From NCBI GenBank assembly GCA_964252035.1, contig OZ176202.1: a stretch of DNA of 64,000 bases, one strand, 5' to 3'. Each line of letters starts with the position of its first letter. Position 1 is the first letter of the stretch. Made by a program: the position numbers and the translations under genes. The notes under the pieces are model-generated. The model made no database searches and was not told the origin of the DNA. It worked only from the letters and a program-made list of their open reading frames with translations. This DNA comes from Podarcis erhardii. Its lineage: Eukaryota. Below, piece by piece: positions 49,590 through 62,184 of the stretch.

Positions 49590-49721
49590 CAGAGATGGAG
49601 AACCTGGGGCCCTCCAGGTGTTACTGGGACTACAGTTCTCATAATCCTTGAGTGTTGGCTGGCACTGATGAGAAGTGAAGTTCAACAACATCTGGAGGAC
49701 AACAGGTTCCCCCAACCTCCG
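49590..49721. mobile_element. Short palindromic hAT-type MITE (related core at 62065-62184 and partial copy at about 20380-20446)
   Basis: Ends cagagatggagaacct / caggttcccccaacctccg; perfect 8-bp TSD ttttaggg; self-complementary interior. Confidence 0.75.
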
Positions 49722-50176
49722 TTTTAGGGGAATGCAACATTATTATAAAATCAGGATCAGTAAAACCAACAGAATATCCACTAACATCAAATTAAAATAC
49801 CCAATTCCACCAAAAGCCAGCCCGAACAACCAGGTTGTCTTGTGCTGCCAGAAAGAAGAATATAGGCTTGCATTTTGCCTGAGAATTCCTCATCATACAA
49901 ACTTGGTATAGTAATAGAAAAATTTGGGGTGCTGTTCCCAAGCAAATTCAAAAGTTGACGATCAAAGAACTTGCAGGAGGATGAAGATGAGGTCATAATA
50001 GTATACAACCGTTAAGTGCTTTATAGGTTAAATGAAAACCAACATTTTCAATTGTTCTTGACCAACAATTCAGAATCAAATCAGGGGTCTCTGGCTGATT
50101 AAAAATGTTACCCTTAAAAAAGAAAAAAATAATATTAGATAATGCTTGTAAATTTTAAAGATTAAAATAACCTTAC

Positions 50177-50278
50177 CTGCAATCCATCTTGATACTGAAC
50201 AGCCGCTTGCATTGCTTCCTCAAGCTTGTCAACACGTTCTTTCCATGCTTTGTTTAAAGCATCCCAAGCAGAATTTAG
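50177..50278 (-). CDS. DST: DST exon, 102 nt: [10 protein letters not shown]...VQYQDGLQ
   Basis: Acceptor atgcag, donor CAG|gtaagg; 34 codons. Confidence 0.95.
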
Positions 50279-50781
50279 CTGCATTTTAAATGGAGATTCA
50301 GTTGAATAAAAAACTGGAAGGCAATGTCTATAACCTATATATTAAAATTTAGGATTGACATTAGATTAAGGTTTCTCTATCTGCAATATAAAAATTATGC
50401 AAGAGCTTCCCTAATATTATAATAAGAGCAAGGAACATCACTAAATCTAGGTGGATATGTCTCTATCAAGGACCAGGATTCCATCCACCCAAGTTTTTGG
50501 TGGCTTATTACCATACCATAGTTAAATATGTGGATGGTTCCACTTATCAGTGCAAGTTAAACTATGAGCTTCATAGGTTTATTTCAGTTCTGCAAAGTGC
50601 CTTGAAGGTTTCAAAATCAAACCAGAAGCCGGTGTGGTGAATTTTACTTTTGACTCCCCAAAGAACCCTGTTTGTTTGCCAAGTATTTAAATTAGGCACC
50701 ATACATCAGTTAAAAAAAATGAAACACCTTTCTATCCATTTCATATGGGCATAAAATGCCAAACAATTACATGACTCATAC

Positions 50782-50904
50782 CTCATCTATGCTCTTGTTG
50801 ACTAATGGTTTGTCAGGTTCTCCACATGCTGCTATCAGTTCAGAGCCAAGGCTTACCACTACATCTAAGTCTTCTTGTAACCCATCTATCTCTTCTTTAA
50901 TGGT
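50782..50904 (-). CDS. DST: DST exon, 123 nt: [10 protein letters not shown]...PLVNKSIDE
   Basis: Acceptor ttctag, donor GAG|gtatga; 41 codons. Confidence 0.95.
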
Positions 50905-51984
50905 CTAGAAAAGAGAAACAAAATGTTAAACTTTCCATAAATTAAATTTAATATTTAAGATTAATTCAGAGTGGCAAACATTATTTGCTATTCATTAGTG
51001 TTTAACTAGCATAGCATAAGGCCATGCTGACCTTAAATTTTAAAAATATATTGATTTATAAAGAAGATGACAACATGAAGGAGGGAGTTTAAGAGTAGGT
51101 TTTTCTTCACCCATTGAGCAGATGGTTGTTGTGGCAGGAGCTTAACAATTCCTCTGTATCCAGAACATTACAGGGACTGACATATCCACCTGCTTAGAAA
51201 AACAGCTTTCAAATTCAATAAGCTAACACTGTAGCCATACAGTGTGGGAAAATTACACCATAATGCTAAGAAAATAAGGTGAATACTAGCCTCCTTTTAA
51301 ACAAATTAGTAGGTCTTGCTTCTGAATATTATCAAATAAAAATGCAATGTCTCAATGTCACATGGTCCCAGGCTGCTATTATTTCCCTGTAATGAATGTT
51401 TATGACTTTTGTGAATAAAGGTTGGAAACCAGAGCTGTTTTAGGCATGTCCAATGGCAGTGAGATTATTTTATTCCCTCTCTTCCACTTTATCCCACACA
51501 CATCCTACCACAGCAAATCACAAATGACTTAGGAAAGTCTCTCACTTCAACAGGCAATACTGGGGATGTGAGTGCCTATTAGAAACGTAAACCAAAAGAT
51601 CAAACTTGTGCAGTCATTTGAACACCAAGTTGGGAGGGAGATTGACCTGGGTGAGAACGGATGGTCTTTTAAGGGTGATTAATGCATGATTTCCCCCCCC
51701 ACTCAATGGGTGGAATTCAACATCACACTATGCCAATATTCCATCAGCAAAGGCATTTCTGCTTGTCAGATGCAACTATCTCCCTTTTCCTCCCTCTCCA
51801 TGCTGTTCTGGGGGTTCCCCTGACCCTCCAGAGCAGATTTGCGGTGAAGGGGGAGAAGAGGGGTGAATCTCTATTGAGCTAGTAGAAGTTATTGTGCTGG
51901 CTTCCATAAACAAACTGGGTTAACTGAATCCGGCCCAATGCTTGAATCATCATTAAATGGCTTATAAGGACACAATAGTCATTA

Positions 51985-52150
51985 GAAAGAACGCTGGGTT
52001 GAGGCCAAAGGCTTATCTAGTCCAGCACCATGTTCTCACAGTGGTCAACCAGATGCCCACAAGGACCTGTGCACAACAGCACTTGTGATACCCAGGAGCT
52101 GATATTCAGAGGCAAACTGCCTTTGACATAGGAAGTAGAACACAGCCATC
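51985..52150 (-). mobile_element. CR1-type LINE 3' fragment, degraded
   Basis: gaggccaaaggcttatctagtccagcaccatgttctcacagtggtcaaccagatgcc; same family. Confidence 0.5.
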
Positions 52151-52656
52151 ACCTTTCATTATTACTTCAAATGCATTTTTCCCCATGCAAGTCTTTTCTT
52201 TTAGCAGTGCATAGACTCTGAAGAGAAAAAAGGGCATTACTGACTAGTGCAGGAAGGCAAAAAAAAATGCAGGCCATGATTACCTGTAGCTATGCATTTG
52301 TTACACACAGGGATTTATGTTTCTTAAAGAAGCAAAATAAATCCACACAGATGGTGCTGGACTCTATATCTAGTCCTGTCCATATATAATGGGTAATTAG
52401 GAGTTCCCACAATGTGAATGAGCTGTGAAGAACCTTGCACTGGAGACGGGAGGAGGTGGTTCAGTGTGGCCCATTCACATAGCTGGAAACAATGGTTTCC
52501 TGTTACATCTGAACCAGCCATGATGATTTGTAAAGGAATTTCCACTAAACATAGCATAACAATATAGTCCAAACCACCAACACGCTTATAGATGATTGCT
52601 AAGAAATATATGGGAGCAGGACAGTAGTCTAAGCCCAACAGTTACATTTCACCTAC

Positions 52657-52883
52657 CTCTGCTGCTTCTTGCTGTTGCTTTACCACTGAAGGATCAATTC
52701 CAGCTCCTTCTAGTTCTCTGATAAAATCCTGCGTATCCTTAATAGTGGCTATGAGAGCCATGTGATCACACCAGAACTTCTCTGCTAATTCCATTGCATC
52801 AAGCAATTTGGCCTCCCTTTCTTCAGCCAGGGTATGGATGTCTTCCCACATAAAGACCATTTGATCCAACTTATCCTGAACCA
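52657..52883 (-). CDS. DST: DST exon, 227 nt: (V)[10 protein letters not shown]...KQQQEAAE
   Basis: Acceptor cctag after a 95-nt intron, donor GAG|gtaggt; phase 1 to 0. Confidence 0.95.
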
Positions 52884-52978
52884 CTAGGAAGCAAAATATA
52901 CACGGGCAGGTATATAAAGTTCTGCTTGTGGAAACTTGTTCATGCATTTATTTTGAAATGTAAAATTCTGAAGTCTAC

Positions 52979-53210
52979 CTTTAGCAGATATGTCCTTATC
53001 AGCGCCTTCCGAACGGGCAATCATCTCCTCCCCGCGCTGCTTGAGGGTTTCATAGACTGGCTGAAGTTTTTCAAGGTCGACAGACACGTTCTTATTTTCA
53101 CCGATCTGTTCTTTAATCTTCTCAACCTCAGCTGAGATGGAAGGCGGTTGCCTCAAACGTTCAACAATGCGTTCTAGGCTCTCAGTGGTCGAATCTATCT
53201 TGTCATGGAA
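52979..53210 (-). CDS. DST: DST exon, 232 nt: [10 protein letters not shown]...GADKDISAK
   Basis: Acceptor gcatag, donor AAG|gtagac; phase 0 to 1. Confidence 0.95.
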
Positions 53211-54246
53211 CTATGCAGACAAATGGGGAGGAGGGAGAGAAGACTGGGTGAGTTACAGATTAGTAACATTTAAAAGGAATTGGGTCAAACCAGAAAAAAC
53301 CCAGTTATAGCTGAATGAACATGCTTAAAGCATCCTTAACTATTTTTGAGACATTTTTTGTCTTTCTCAACAGATTTATGATCTTAGTTTAAGCAAAATT
53401 TATGCTTCCCAATCAAGGTGTCCAAATCATATCTGCTTGTTAGTGAACTAGGCAGCTTTACAGTACAGACCAATTGTTAACTGTCTCATCATCACCATGT
53501 ATTAATACCATGTATTAACAGTTTCCTGAACATGGTTTTAGAACACAGAGGGAATAACACATTTTTACTTTCACCTATCCTTAGCCACAATGTGTTATGT
53601 CGTTTAAAAAATGTCAGCAATTCACATTATTAATAAGTTTTTTCTAATAAATATCCTACTGCATTGGTTAATTACTGTTAACATTATGTGGCAGTGATTA
53701 ATAGACATGGTATGAACGTAAGCATCTAGCTCCTAGGTAGGTCAGGTCAGAAAACTATAATGCAGTAGCATTACATTGGAAAGTTGGAAGTTGCTTCATG
53801 CCTAGTCTGACCGACAGTCAGTCACTGTCCCACCACCACTATTTTTGGCAAAGACACCAGGAGAAACCCTGGGCTGTCTTGACACCAATTCGCCTCTTTG
53901 ATTGTGTGCATGCATGAACAAATCACTATTATGTAGGATACTGGCCCTATTATTCAGGGAAAAACAATTTTGTAATTCCCAAATAGAATAAGAATATTTC
54001 CATTTTTTAATCATGCCTTTCCTTCAAGGAACTTGATGGCACACGGGGAAGGTTTGATTCACGAAAATACAATGCCCTTAATTCTTTAACAGATAGGAAG
54101 AGCAAATTTATGTGCAATGATGGGGGTATTCACATATTTGGTGACGTAGTCTCTTGGCAAGTCCACTATGTACCTAAAGTCTATTGATTTAAGATAACAA
54201 CATCCTGCAGTTGGAATCTAATTGCTCTTCTAATAAATAATGTTAC

Positions 54247-54450
54247 CTGGGTAGACTGAGAAATGGCTTCGTCCAATGCCTGAGCTCGCTTTTTGACATC
54301 TTCTTTAATTCGACTATAAAGGGCATCAGCTGCTACATACTTCTCTTGGATTGAAAAACCTTCTCGCGGGCTCAACTCCAGAAGCTGAGGTCCAGTTTTA
54401 TTCATCTTATCTATATGAGGCTTGTGTTCAGCAATCAACTCTCGCAGTTG
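54247..54450 (-). CDS. DST: DST exon, 204 nt: [10 protein letters not shown]...DEAISQSTQ
   Basis: Acceptor ctatag, donor CAG|gtaaca; 68 codons. Confidence 0.96.
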
Positions 54451-55262
54451 CTATAGCAAAGCAAAACACTTATCAGTATCTAACCCTTACATCGCCACAT
54501 TCCAGCTGTCTGTGCGTCCAACACGTTCAGCTGGCAAGGTGGTCTAAATAAACAATCCCATCTGCATGCTAAGACAAAGTATAACTCATACTGGATATAT
54601 CCATTTAGCCTTATTGTTGTGTTTTCAGCTCTAAGCATATAATGTTTCCTTTATACTAGAAAAACAGCATTTTAGTCAACCAAGATATTTAAAAGCACAG
54701 AATCTGGGAAGCAAAACAATATAACTAGTCAAAAGTATTCAGCCAGTTGTCCGGCACTCTAAATGATTTATTAAGTAATGGCATTCCAGAAGATGCCAAA
54801 TTGTTTAAATATGATTATAAATAGCTCGCTAGGGCTCGAGTGCTGTAACAAAAGCAAGCAAATCAAACCTCCAAGGTTACATCAAGGAATCATATTAAGA
54901 TCATCCAATATTTTTGAGACTTGAAGAAAATGCTGTGCTTTAAAATGGAAGCAACACACTGTTGCACTTTGTTCAGCTCCTTTTAAAGCATAACTTAACG
55001 GAACAAACTGTTACAGTTTTAAAGTTCACTTTTAGAAGGTGCTTCTGGGTACTTTTTCTTTTGTTTGTCTCCAGTTTCTGTTGTATTCAGTGTGCCTTCA
55101 CTACTACTCAATAAGACTTTAGCTGAATTTTCTACCCAGAACACTCTCTATAATTAATCTCCAACTTTGCTAATATGAAGACAGCCATGTTTCTCTTTAT
55201 TGCTGCACTCTGCCTAATCAGGAACCTCTGTCGTTTGTTAAGGCTGGAGGCAGAACTGAGTA

Positions 55263-55616
55263 CAGTGGTGCCTCGTAAGACGAAATTAATCCGTTCCGCG
55301 ATTCTCTTCATCTAGCGGTTTTTTCGTCTTGCGAAGCAAGCCCATTGGCGGCTTAGCAGATTAGCGCTATTAGCGGTCTAGCGGCTTTTAGCGATCAGCT
55401 GAGAGGCGGCTTATCAGCGGAACAGCTGATAAGCGGCTTAGCGGCTTAGGAAAGGGGGGGGGAGCGAAAAAACCCCGCGGGAACTCGCAAGATTTTTTCG
55501 TCTTGCGAAGCAACCCCATAGAGAAATTCGTTTAGTGAAGCGCCTCCAAAACGGAAAACCCTTTCGTCTAGCGGGTTTTCCGTCTTGCGAGGCGTTCGTC
55601 TTGCGGGGCACCACTG
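55263..55616. mobile_element. Tigger/pogo-like MITE, 354 bp, CpG-rich
   Basis: TIR CAGTGGTGCCTCGTAAGACGAA versus CAGTGGTGCCCCGCAAGACGAA (20/22); TA TSD on both sides; repeated cgtcttgcga and gcggcttagc motifs. Confidence 0.88.
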
Positions 55617-56304
55617 TAACTGCTGGATTTTATGTTTCCAAAATTTGGGTCAGCCATCACCTCTTTCCCCAAAATCCTGGATACAGACTGAGTCTGCAGC
55701 ACCTAATCCAATCCAGCCTGCAATCTCTCTTAAAACTGAATCTAAAGGCAGACATAGTGGCTGCAACCATTTTTGTTGTTTGTTGCTGTCCCCTGCCCCC
55801 TTTCCCCTATTCTCTGCTTTGCATAACATCCTGACTGATTAAGAGTTCTGGAGAACTCAAAAGATTGTGATATTTTGGCTGGTCCAAATTAAGGTGTTTC
55901 CCAACTGTGGATTTTTGATTTTTTTTCCCCTTAGGGAACACCACAGCTTGCTTTGCATTCCAACTATTTTGGATACTGTTCAACATTTTCATTCCTTTAA
56001 AAAAATGTAATAAAATAAATAAATAAATAAATAAATAATAGAATTAATTAGTGAATTAATTCACTAATCCGCTTTTCACAATGACTGCTCTGCCTTGAGA
56101 ATAATCTTAAACTTGTGGTTATATTAAAATAGTAAAATTTTGTTTCATAAAAAATGGATTTTGAATTGTTGTTGTTAACAGCGAGTAAAAAATATGTAAA
56201 ATCTGATATTGGTTGGTTTGGTGAATGTGACATGCTAAAGAGAGAGCTACACTTCTGTTGACCTTTGCAATTAACAGCATTTTGTAAGACGACTGCAAAC
56301 TTAC

Positions 56305-56523
56305 CCGGTGCTCTTCTTGTTGTTGCTTTAGGGTTTCATATTCAAGAGCTGGTGCTGGAAGCTGTGATATTACTGTTTTTGTTTCCGTTAGCCATGGCCA
56401 AATCTCTTCATAAGTCTCCCAGAACTGACTGGCTAGAGACTGAGCTCTTTCAAGCTGCAGATTCCTCTTAGAGTTCATTTGACAGAGTGTATTATACTTC
56501 TGCAAGAGGTCTTCCAGCTTCTT
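56305..56523 (-). CDS. DST: DST exon, 219 nt: [10 protein letters not shown]...LKQQQEEHR
   Basis: Acceptor aatag, donor CGG|gtaagt; 73 codons; overlaps ORF 56119..56505. Confidence 0.96.
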
Positions 56524-56905
56524 CTATTAAAGAAATTACCAACAAACACCAGCATTTGGTTGGAGAAATTTACATTGTGGCAGGTGACTAGTCTTGCTAT
56601 ATAACACGGTGGGCAATCTTTTAGCTCCTTAGGGGGCAAGTAGGCAGGTGCTTGGGGAAGGCATATCCACCAAGGAGTTATGGATTCAGCATTCTGGGTC
56701 CAATTCTATGGAACTCCTTCCTGGTTGATATCAGGCAGGCCCTCTTTCCAGTTGAATTTTGAGTGTCTACTGAAGACCTCTGGAGGTCTAAGTATAATAT
56801 GTTGGTATGGGAAACTGTCATGTAACGGGCCAATGGCCGTAATAAAGATCAATCCAATCCAATCCAATCCTTTTAAAATTTCAACAGGCATTTCAAGTAA
56901 GTTTT

Positions 56906-57215
56906 AAGAACATAAGATGAACCTGCTGGATCAGGCCAATGGTAGATCTAGTCCCCCATCCTATTCTCACAATGACCTGTGGAAAACCAGCATGCAAGAT
57001 TCAAGCACAAGAGCACTTTCCCCTCCTCTGGTTTCCAGCAACTGGTATTCAGAAGCATCGCTGCCTCCAACTGCGCAGAGCATAGCCATTATGGCTAAAA
57101 GCCATTGATAGCTTTATCCTCTATGAATTTGTCTAATCCTCTTTTAAAGCCATGCAAGTTAGAGGCCATCACTGCCTCCTGCAAGTTCCATAGTTTAACC
57201 ATGCGCTGCATGATG
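56906..57215 (-). mobile_element. CR1-type LINE 3' fragment with terminal repeat
   Basis: Begins aagaacataaga (reverse complement of a tcttatgttctt CR1-like tail); best-preserved copy of the family. Confidence 0.65.
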
Positions 57216-57363
57216 CAGCCAACTCGAGGCAGCTTAAGCTTTCAAGGCACATTTCAGCCCCTCTTACATAATCTTAGTGGCTCCAGCAACATGGCTTAGG
57301 AATCCCTTATGCGTGCAGATTTTCAAAGTTATTGGTAAGCAAGTGCAAGTCATGCTCCATTAC

Positions 57364-57471
57364 CTTCATGGTTTGTTTGTCCTCTTCCGTGCATGTCTTC
57401 ATAATCTCATCCCCAGATGCAACAAGCTCTTCTATTGTATCCTTGTGTTTCAAAATCTCCATGGTAAATGC
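57364..57471 (-). CDS. DST: DST exon, 108 nt: [10 protein letters not shown]...EEDKQTMK
   Basis: Acceptor aattag, donor AAG|gtaatg; 36 codons. Confidence 0.93.
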
Positions 57472-57616
57472 CTAATTACATAATACAATACTCTGGTATT
57501 AGGAATATGAGGACATAGAGCAAAAGCCTGCACTATAATGGTTTGAAAATTAAATCATGGCAGAAAAAGTAATGGCCATTAATTATTGCATTACAGATGG
57601 AATCACATTTGTTCAC

Positions 57617-57736
57617 CTTTTGAACTTGTAGCTGAGCAATGGTCTGGTCACGTTCAAGCCTAATGTCACCCAGAGACATCAGTTTATTTTCTGTTTCCTC
57701 AACCCAGGCTAATTCAGTGTCGGCTGCTTGATCAAA
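57617..57736 (-). CDS. DST: DST exon, 120 nt: [11 protein letters not shown]...AQLQVQK
   Basis: Acceptor tttag, donor AAG|gtgaac; 40 codons. Confidence 0.95.
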
Positions 57737-60700
57737 CTAAAGAAAACACAGAAAAAATAAAACAGCAATTCATAAAACAAATAACTCCAACTGGATAGGT
57801 AGAGGATTTAAATGGAAAAGATATTTCAGAAAAGACATTTGGTAAAATTGAGAGGTGGGGATCATAGCTCAGTGGTAAGACTGCACTGGTTACATTTACA
57901 CAGCCCCAAGTTTATGAGAACCTGTTTATATTTTGGATATCAGAACCAGTAAAACCCTAAATTGCAAAGCTGCCTCTAGGCCAGTTCTAGAATGGTGGGT
58001 ATTTTAAGCTGCAATGCTAAGGGAGTTGCACATAGCTAAGAACGTGTGTTGCAACACCTTCAGGAGGGGATAGAGGATGAAGCGATCAAGGTGTCAATGG
58101 CAACAAGATAGTGCCCGTTAACTTCCCTGCTAGACCATAAGCTTTCCACAGTTTGTGCATTTAGACCTGGAAAAGGAGATGTGGCCTCTTCACTTAAGAG
58201 ATATGATGGAGGATGAGAGAAATCTGGGTATTCTTAAAGGGCAGATAAGGCAAGGCAGAATAGTGCAACATGCTTCAGTGGCATTTGTCAAACACTTACA
58301 GAGTCAGAAAGGTAAAGATTGTAAGCAGTGGGCCAAATATCTTTGAACAGCAAGTGCGATGTCTCTGTGCAAAGCTCAAAAGTATACGAAATAAACACAG
58401 TGATCATTCACAAATTATATGCAACAATATAATTTTCCTCCCTTTGCTATGATAATTTAATGTAATAGGAGAAAAAAACTTCACCTTGAATGAAATTGAA
58501 ACAAGTAGCTTCAAGCTTGCTGATTAATTTTTGTTCAGCAGCTGCTTGCTAAAGTTTCCCTTTGAAGTTATTTTGTTGAAGAATAATGACTTTCAGGTCA
58601 GCAGTACAGCATCCTGGAATCAGTGCTAGTAGTTAAGAGTGTGAGGCTAGGTGACTCGTTGCTGTGATTGAACATAATGCAGCTTCTTATAATACCCACA
58701 CAGTTTATTCTTATTTTAATAAATTCTAGGGCTCTCTGTGACACTGAGGAGTATATCAAAATCAGCTTATTTCAGAAGTGTTACAAAGAGAAAGCAGGAA
58801 ATGTCAGAGCCACATTATACTTTATACTTCAACCAGAATTCTCTGTCAAAATTCTCACAAACATCAAAGGTAATATTAATACTTGCTTTTCTTTAAACAC
58901 CTCTTGCTCTTGTCCATCTTTAAGATTATTTCCCTGCCTCAATAGAGAGATTATTTTTTAGTTAGACTAGATCAATGGCATTAAAATCAATGGGCAGCAA
59001 ACTAGGAATTGCTTCTTGGTAGAAGTTGACAGTCCAGTTGTGCGAACGCAAGTCGTGAGTATCTATAGAATACACATATCCCCCCCCCCCCGAAAATCTT
59101 ATCCTTTCAGAGACCACTAGTGGATTTCTTTCAAATATCATTTTCCGAACATGCATGGGAGAAGAGAGCAAGTTCATGCCCACTGAGTTTCCCCCACCAT
59201 GACAATACTACTGGCTGTACCCTGACTTCCACACTCTGGGAGAAGGTTCCAAAGAAAAGAGAGCCCACTGCATAAACCTATATTAGCACCCTGATCACAA
59301 AGGGTTCTGACAGAGGCAGAGCCTACACACAAAGCAGACTCCTCATTTAAGACCTTCCCCTTCAACATGTGGATGGCGCAGGGGAAGGGAAGCCAGGGTC
59401 TATTATCCCACTAGGCACTGCTGTCATATGCAAATGTTCCATCCTCAACTTTGTTTTTTCCCCTGGGCTCACCGACCAGTTCTCAACTGAACTCAAGAGC
59501 TTTGGAGAACTTTGAGAGCCTTCCCCATCCTGGTTCTTTCCAAACGCTTTGAAATACAGTTTCCATCACTGGCCATACTAACTGGGGCTGCTGCGATCTG
59601 GAGTCCAAATTATATTGAGGGCACCAAGTTAGAGAAGTCTACTGTAGAGCAATGGTATGCTCGTGAAGCACAATACTTGAATGGTCTAGTTTAAACAGAC
59701 AAATAAATATACACAACAAGTTTCAATGTGAATCATGTTCCTAAAAGAAAGCGGTAGAGAAACTGATAAGGTGGATAACTTTTATTGGACCCACTCATGA
59801 TGGTGGGAGCACATGCGACCTTTGGAGGTCATCAGAATTCTTCATTATGTCTGATGCTTTCAACATATGCTGGTTGAACAAGAAATAATCCTATTAAGCT
59901 GCTTGAGAAAGTTGATAATTTACATGTTTGTGGTGACAGAGTCACTTCCAACTGAAGGTGAAATTTAATGGATAAGCTGTCATATCTTATTCTTTAATTA
60001 TGAATCATGACTGAATAGCAAGTTACGTGGGCTGAGGTTTCTCCATGTTTTTCATGAGTAATTCTTTATCACAGTTTAATCTATTTGAAACAAGCCACAA
60101 ACATTTGCTGTCATCTCACATTTATAATCAGAGAAGGTACTTTTGGCCTGAACATTCTGTTTTGAAAGAGAGGCATATAAACTGAGTCATACTAAATTAA
60201 AGGGCCAACAAATTAGAAGCTCTAAAAAAGAAAAAGAAAACCTTCGAACAAAACACTGATGTGTATATTAAGCCCATTTTAATGCTGCCCACAACTGCAA
60301 ATAATGTTTATATTTCCTGCAAAACTGCATCCACTGGCTACTGTACACATCTTTACTTCAACCATTCATTTACACAAGCTGATATATGACCTACATAGCA
60401 GCATAAATAATAAGTTACAGGGTTTGAGTTTACAATTCTTTCTGTACTGAAATTCCCACTGAGATCACTGCATGATGCCACTCGTAATGCCTCTCAGTAT
60501 GAGACTGATCTGTAATTTCTGTGTCAACTAGAAGACAGATGGCTACAACAATGACTGGATTTGCTTTGGTCTAGGACTCATGTCTGACAACTATGACCAA
60601 GCTCTTTTCAAGTTTGGCCCCAGTTCTTGCAAAGATGTAGCATGCATGTGCCAATAATATGAACAGCAGCCTTTTATTTTGTTAAGGATTCCCAGATATA

Positions 60701-60788
60701 CACCTGGATGTATTCCTAGAACAGATAAATATACATATTTTTTTCCCTATCACACATAGACTGAAATGAGAATTAGGGACATTTTTAC

Positions 60789-60995
60789 CTGCTGCGATCT
60801 GAAAATGGCAGCATCAATTTCTTCCACTTTCTGAGTTATAGTGTCGCTCACTAATCTGTACCGTTCGTTGTCTTCTGTGATCATTTTGTCTATCCCTTCC
60901 CTTGCTCTCCATGGCACCAGTTCAAGCAAAGCACTGCTGACTTCGTTAAGAGTGTCCAGTAAACTTTTATTATCTTTTGCTTCTTTTTGCAGTGC
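60789..60995 (-). CDS. DST: DST exon, 207 nt: [10 protein letters not shown]...AAIFRSQQ
   Basis: Acceptor tttag, donor CAG|gtaaaa; 69 codons, phase 0-0; too short/Met-less for the ORF track. Confidence 0.95.
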
Positions 60996-61574
60996 CTAAA
61001 AAGGAATATTTAAGGTAAACAAATTAAAAATAACACATTGGCACAGAAACAAAATCTGCACAGCTCAAAGGTTCCACTCATGGGGCTTTTTTGGTTTTCT
61101 CCTTCTCCCATCTTCAGTTTTTTTTATTTAGTTTAAGAGTACATAGTTGAAATGCTACAGCTGCAAGCCAAAGCTATAAACATCGCTCTTTTCAACTTGG
61201 CTACCTTTGCTTTTGTTACAATCATGCTTGGGACCCCCTAACCTCTCACACTATCAATATAAATAAATAAACAAAGGACCTACCTACATGATGCTGGCAC
61301 ATACCTCTAAACTAATAAAAGGTGATAGTGCAAAAGAACAATACCCCATCTCTCTCTCTCTCCACCTCCCTCCCCTACTCTGAAATGCATTCTTGAAATA
61401 TGATGCTGCTTCTTGCTTAGCTGGTGAAGGGATGTGCATGAGGTGTAAATATATGCAAAAATGTCCCAACTTCTGTGTAGCTTTACAAAGGGAAGTGTCA
61501 CGCTTGTTGCTCCACCCACTGGCATGTGGCCCCCGGAAGGCTGTCCACAAGCAAACACAGCATTTTACGCTCAC

Positions 61575-61816
61575 CTTTTGTCTTTCTTGCGCTTGACTTA
61601 ACTCTTCACCTTTGGGGACCTGCGCTTCATACGACTGTAATTCCACCTCAACTTTATCCAGCCAAGTGCAGAGTTTCTCATGAGCTGACTGCAGCTGACC
61701 AGAAAGCTGTAGAGCCTGTTCTAAAGTCTTGGACACATCAGAACTCAGCTTCGTTATGTCCTTGTACCTTGTTTTAATGCCTTCCAATTTATCTTGAATT
61801 ATGACAACTTCATCAC
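61575..61816 (-). CDS. DST: DST exon, 242 nt: (G)[17 protein letters not shown]...[10 protein letters not shown] (spectrin repeat)
   Basis: Acceptor ttgcag, donor AAG|gtgagc; phase 1 to 0. Confidence 0.95.
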
Positions 61817-62064
61817 CTGCAATGTGAAAGGGGTATTTAACACACTAATCATCTAAAGCGACCAGGATGTTTTTAGTGTTTAAGTCCACAGGTGAAAATA
61901 GAACAAATATTTCATCCTGATCAAGCTAGTTTTCCTTCTAAGCATGGAAGCTTCGCTGTGCACATGCAACTTTAGCCCACCCCACCCCATCCCTGTCTTA
62001 TTTTAGATTGGGCTCCACCAAAATAAATCTAGGTCAAGCCTCAGCCAATCAGGATTCTCTAGGT

Positions 62065-62184
62065 CAGGAATGAGGAAACTGTGGCCATCCAGATGTTGTT
62101 GGACCACAACTCCCATCTTTGCATGATTATTGGCTGGCTCTGATGGGAGATGGAGTCCAACAGCATCTGGACTCCCTATCCCTG
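62065..62184. mobile_element. Short palindromic hAT-type MITE, older copy
   Basis: caggaatgaggaaactgtggccatccagatgttg...caacagcatctgg...ccctatccctg, same family as 49590-49721; TSD degraded. Confidence 0.55.

Larger units (their letters stand above)
1..61816 (-). other. DST: Dystonin (DST/BPAG1) gene, 3' portion: 37 coding exons plus partial 3'UTR; gene continues past both window edges
   Basis: Manually spliced exons give a continuous 5,777-nt frame with every junction AG/GT and in phase. The C-terminus [23 protein letters not shown] and the GAR/EF-hand sequences match dystonin as recalled; the paralog MACF1 has a different tail. Confidence 0.97.

Noticed and set aside
9361-57215. All five CR1-type fragments are oriented sense to DST
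   Set aside because: With n=5 the two-sided chance is 1/16, and the fragment list is incomplete, so this is not significant.
57857-57905. tRNA-like start (ggggatcatagctcagtggtaaga), and a similar degraded segment near 30145-30290
   Set aside because: No T-arm or acceptor stem can be completed; these are best explained as decayed tRNA-derived SINE heads, not tRNA genes.
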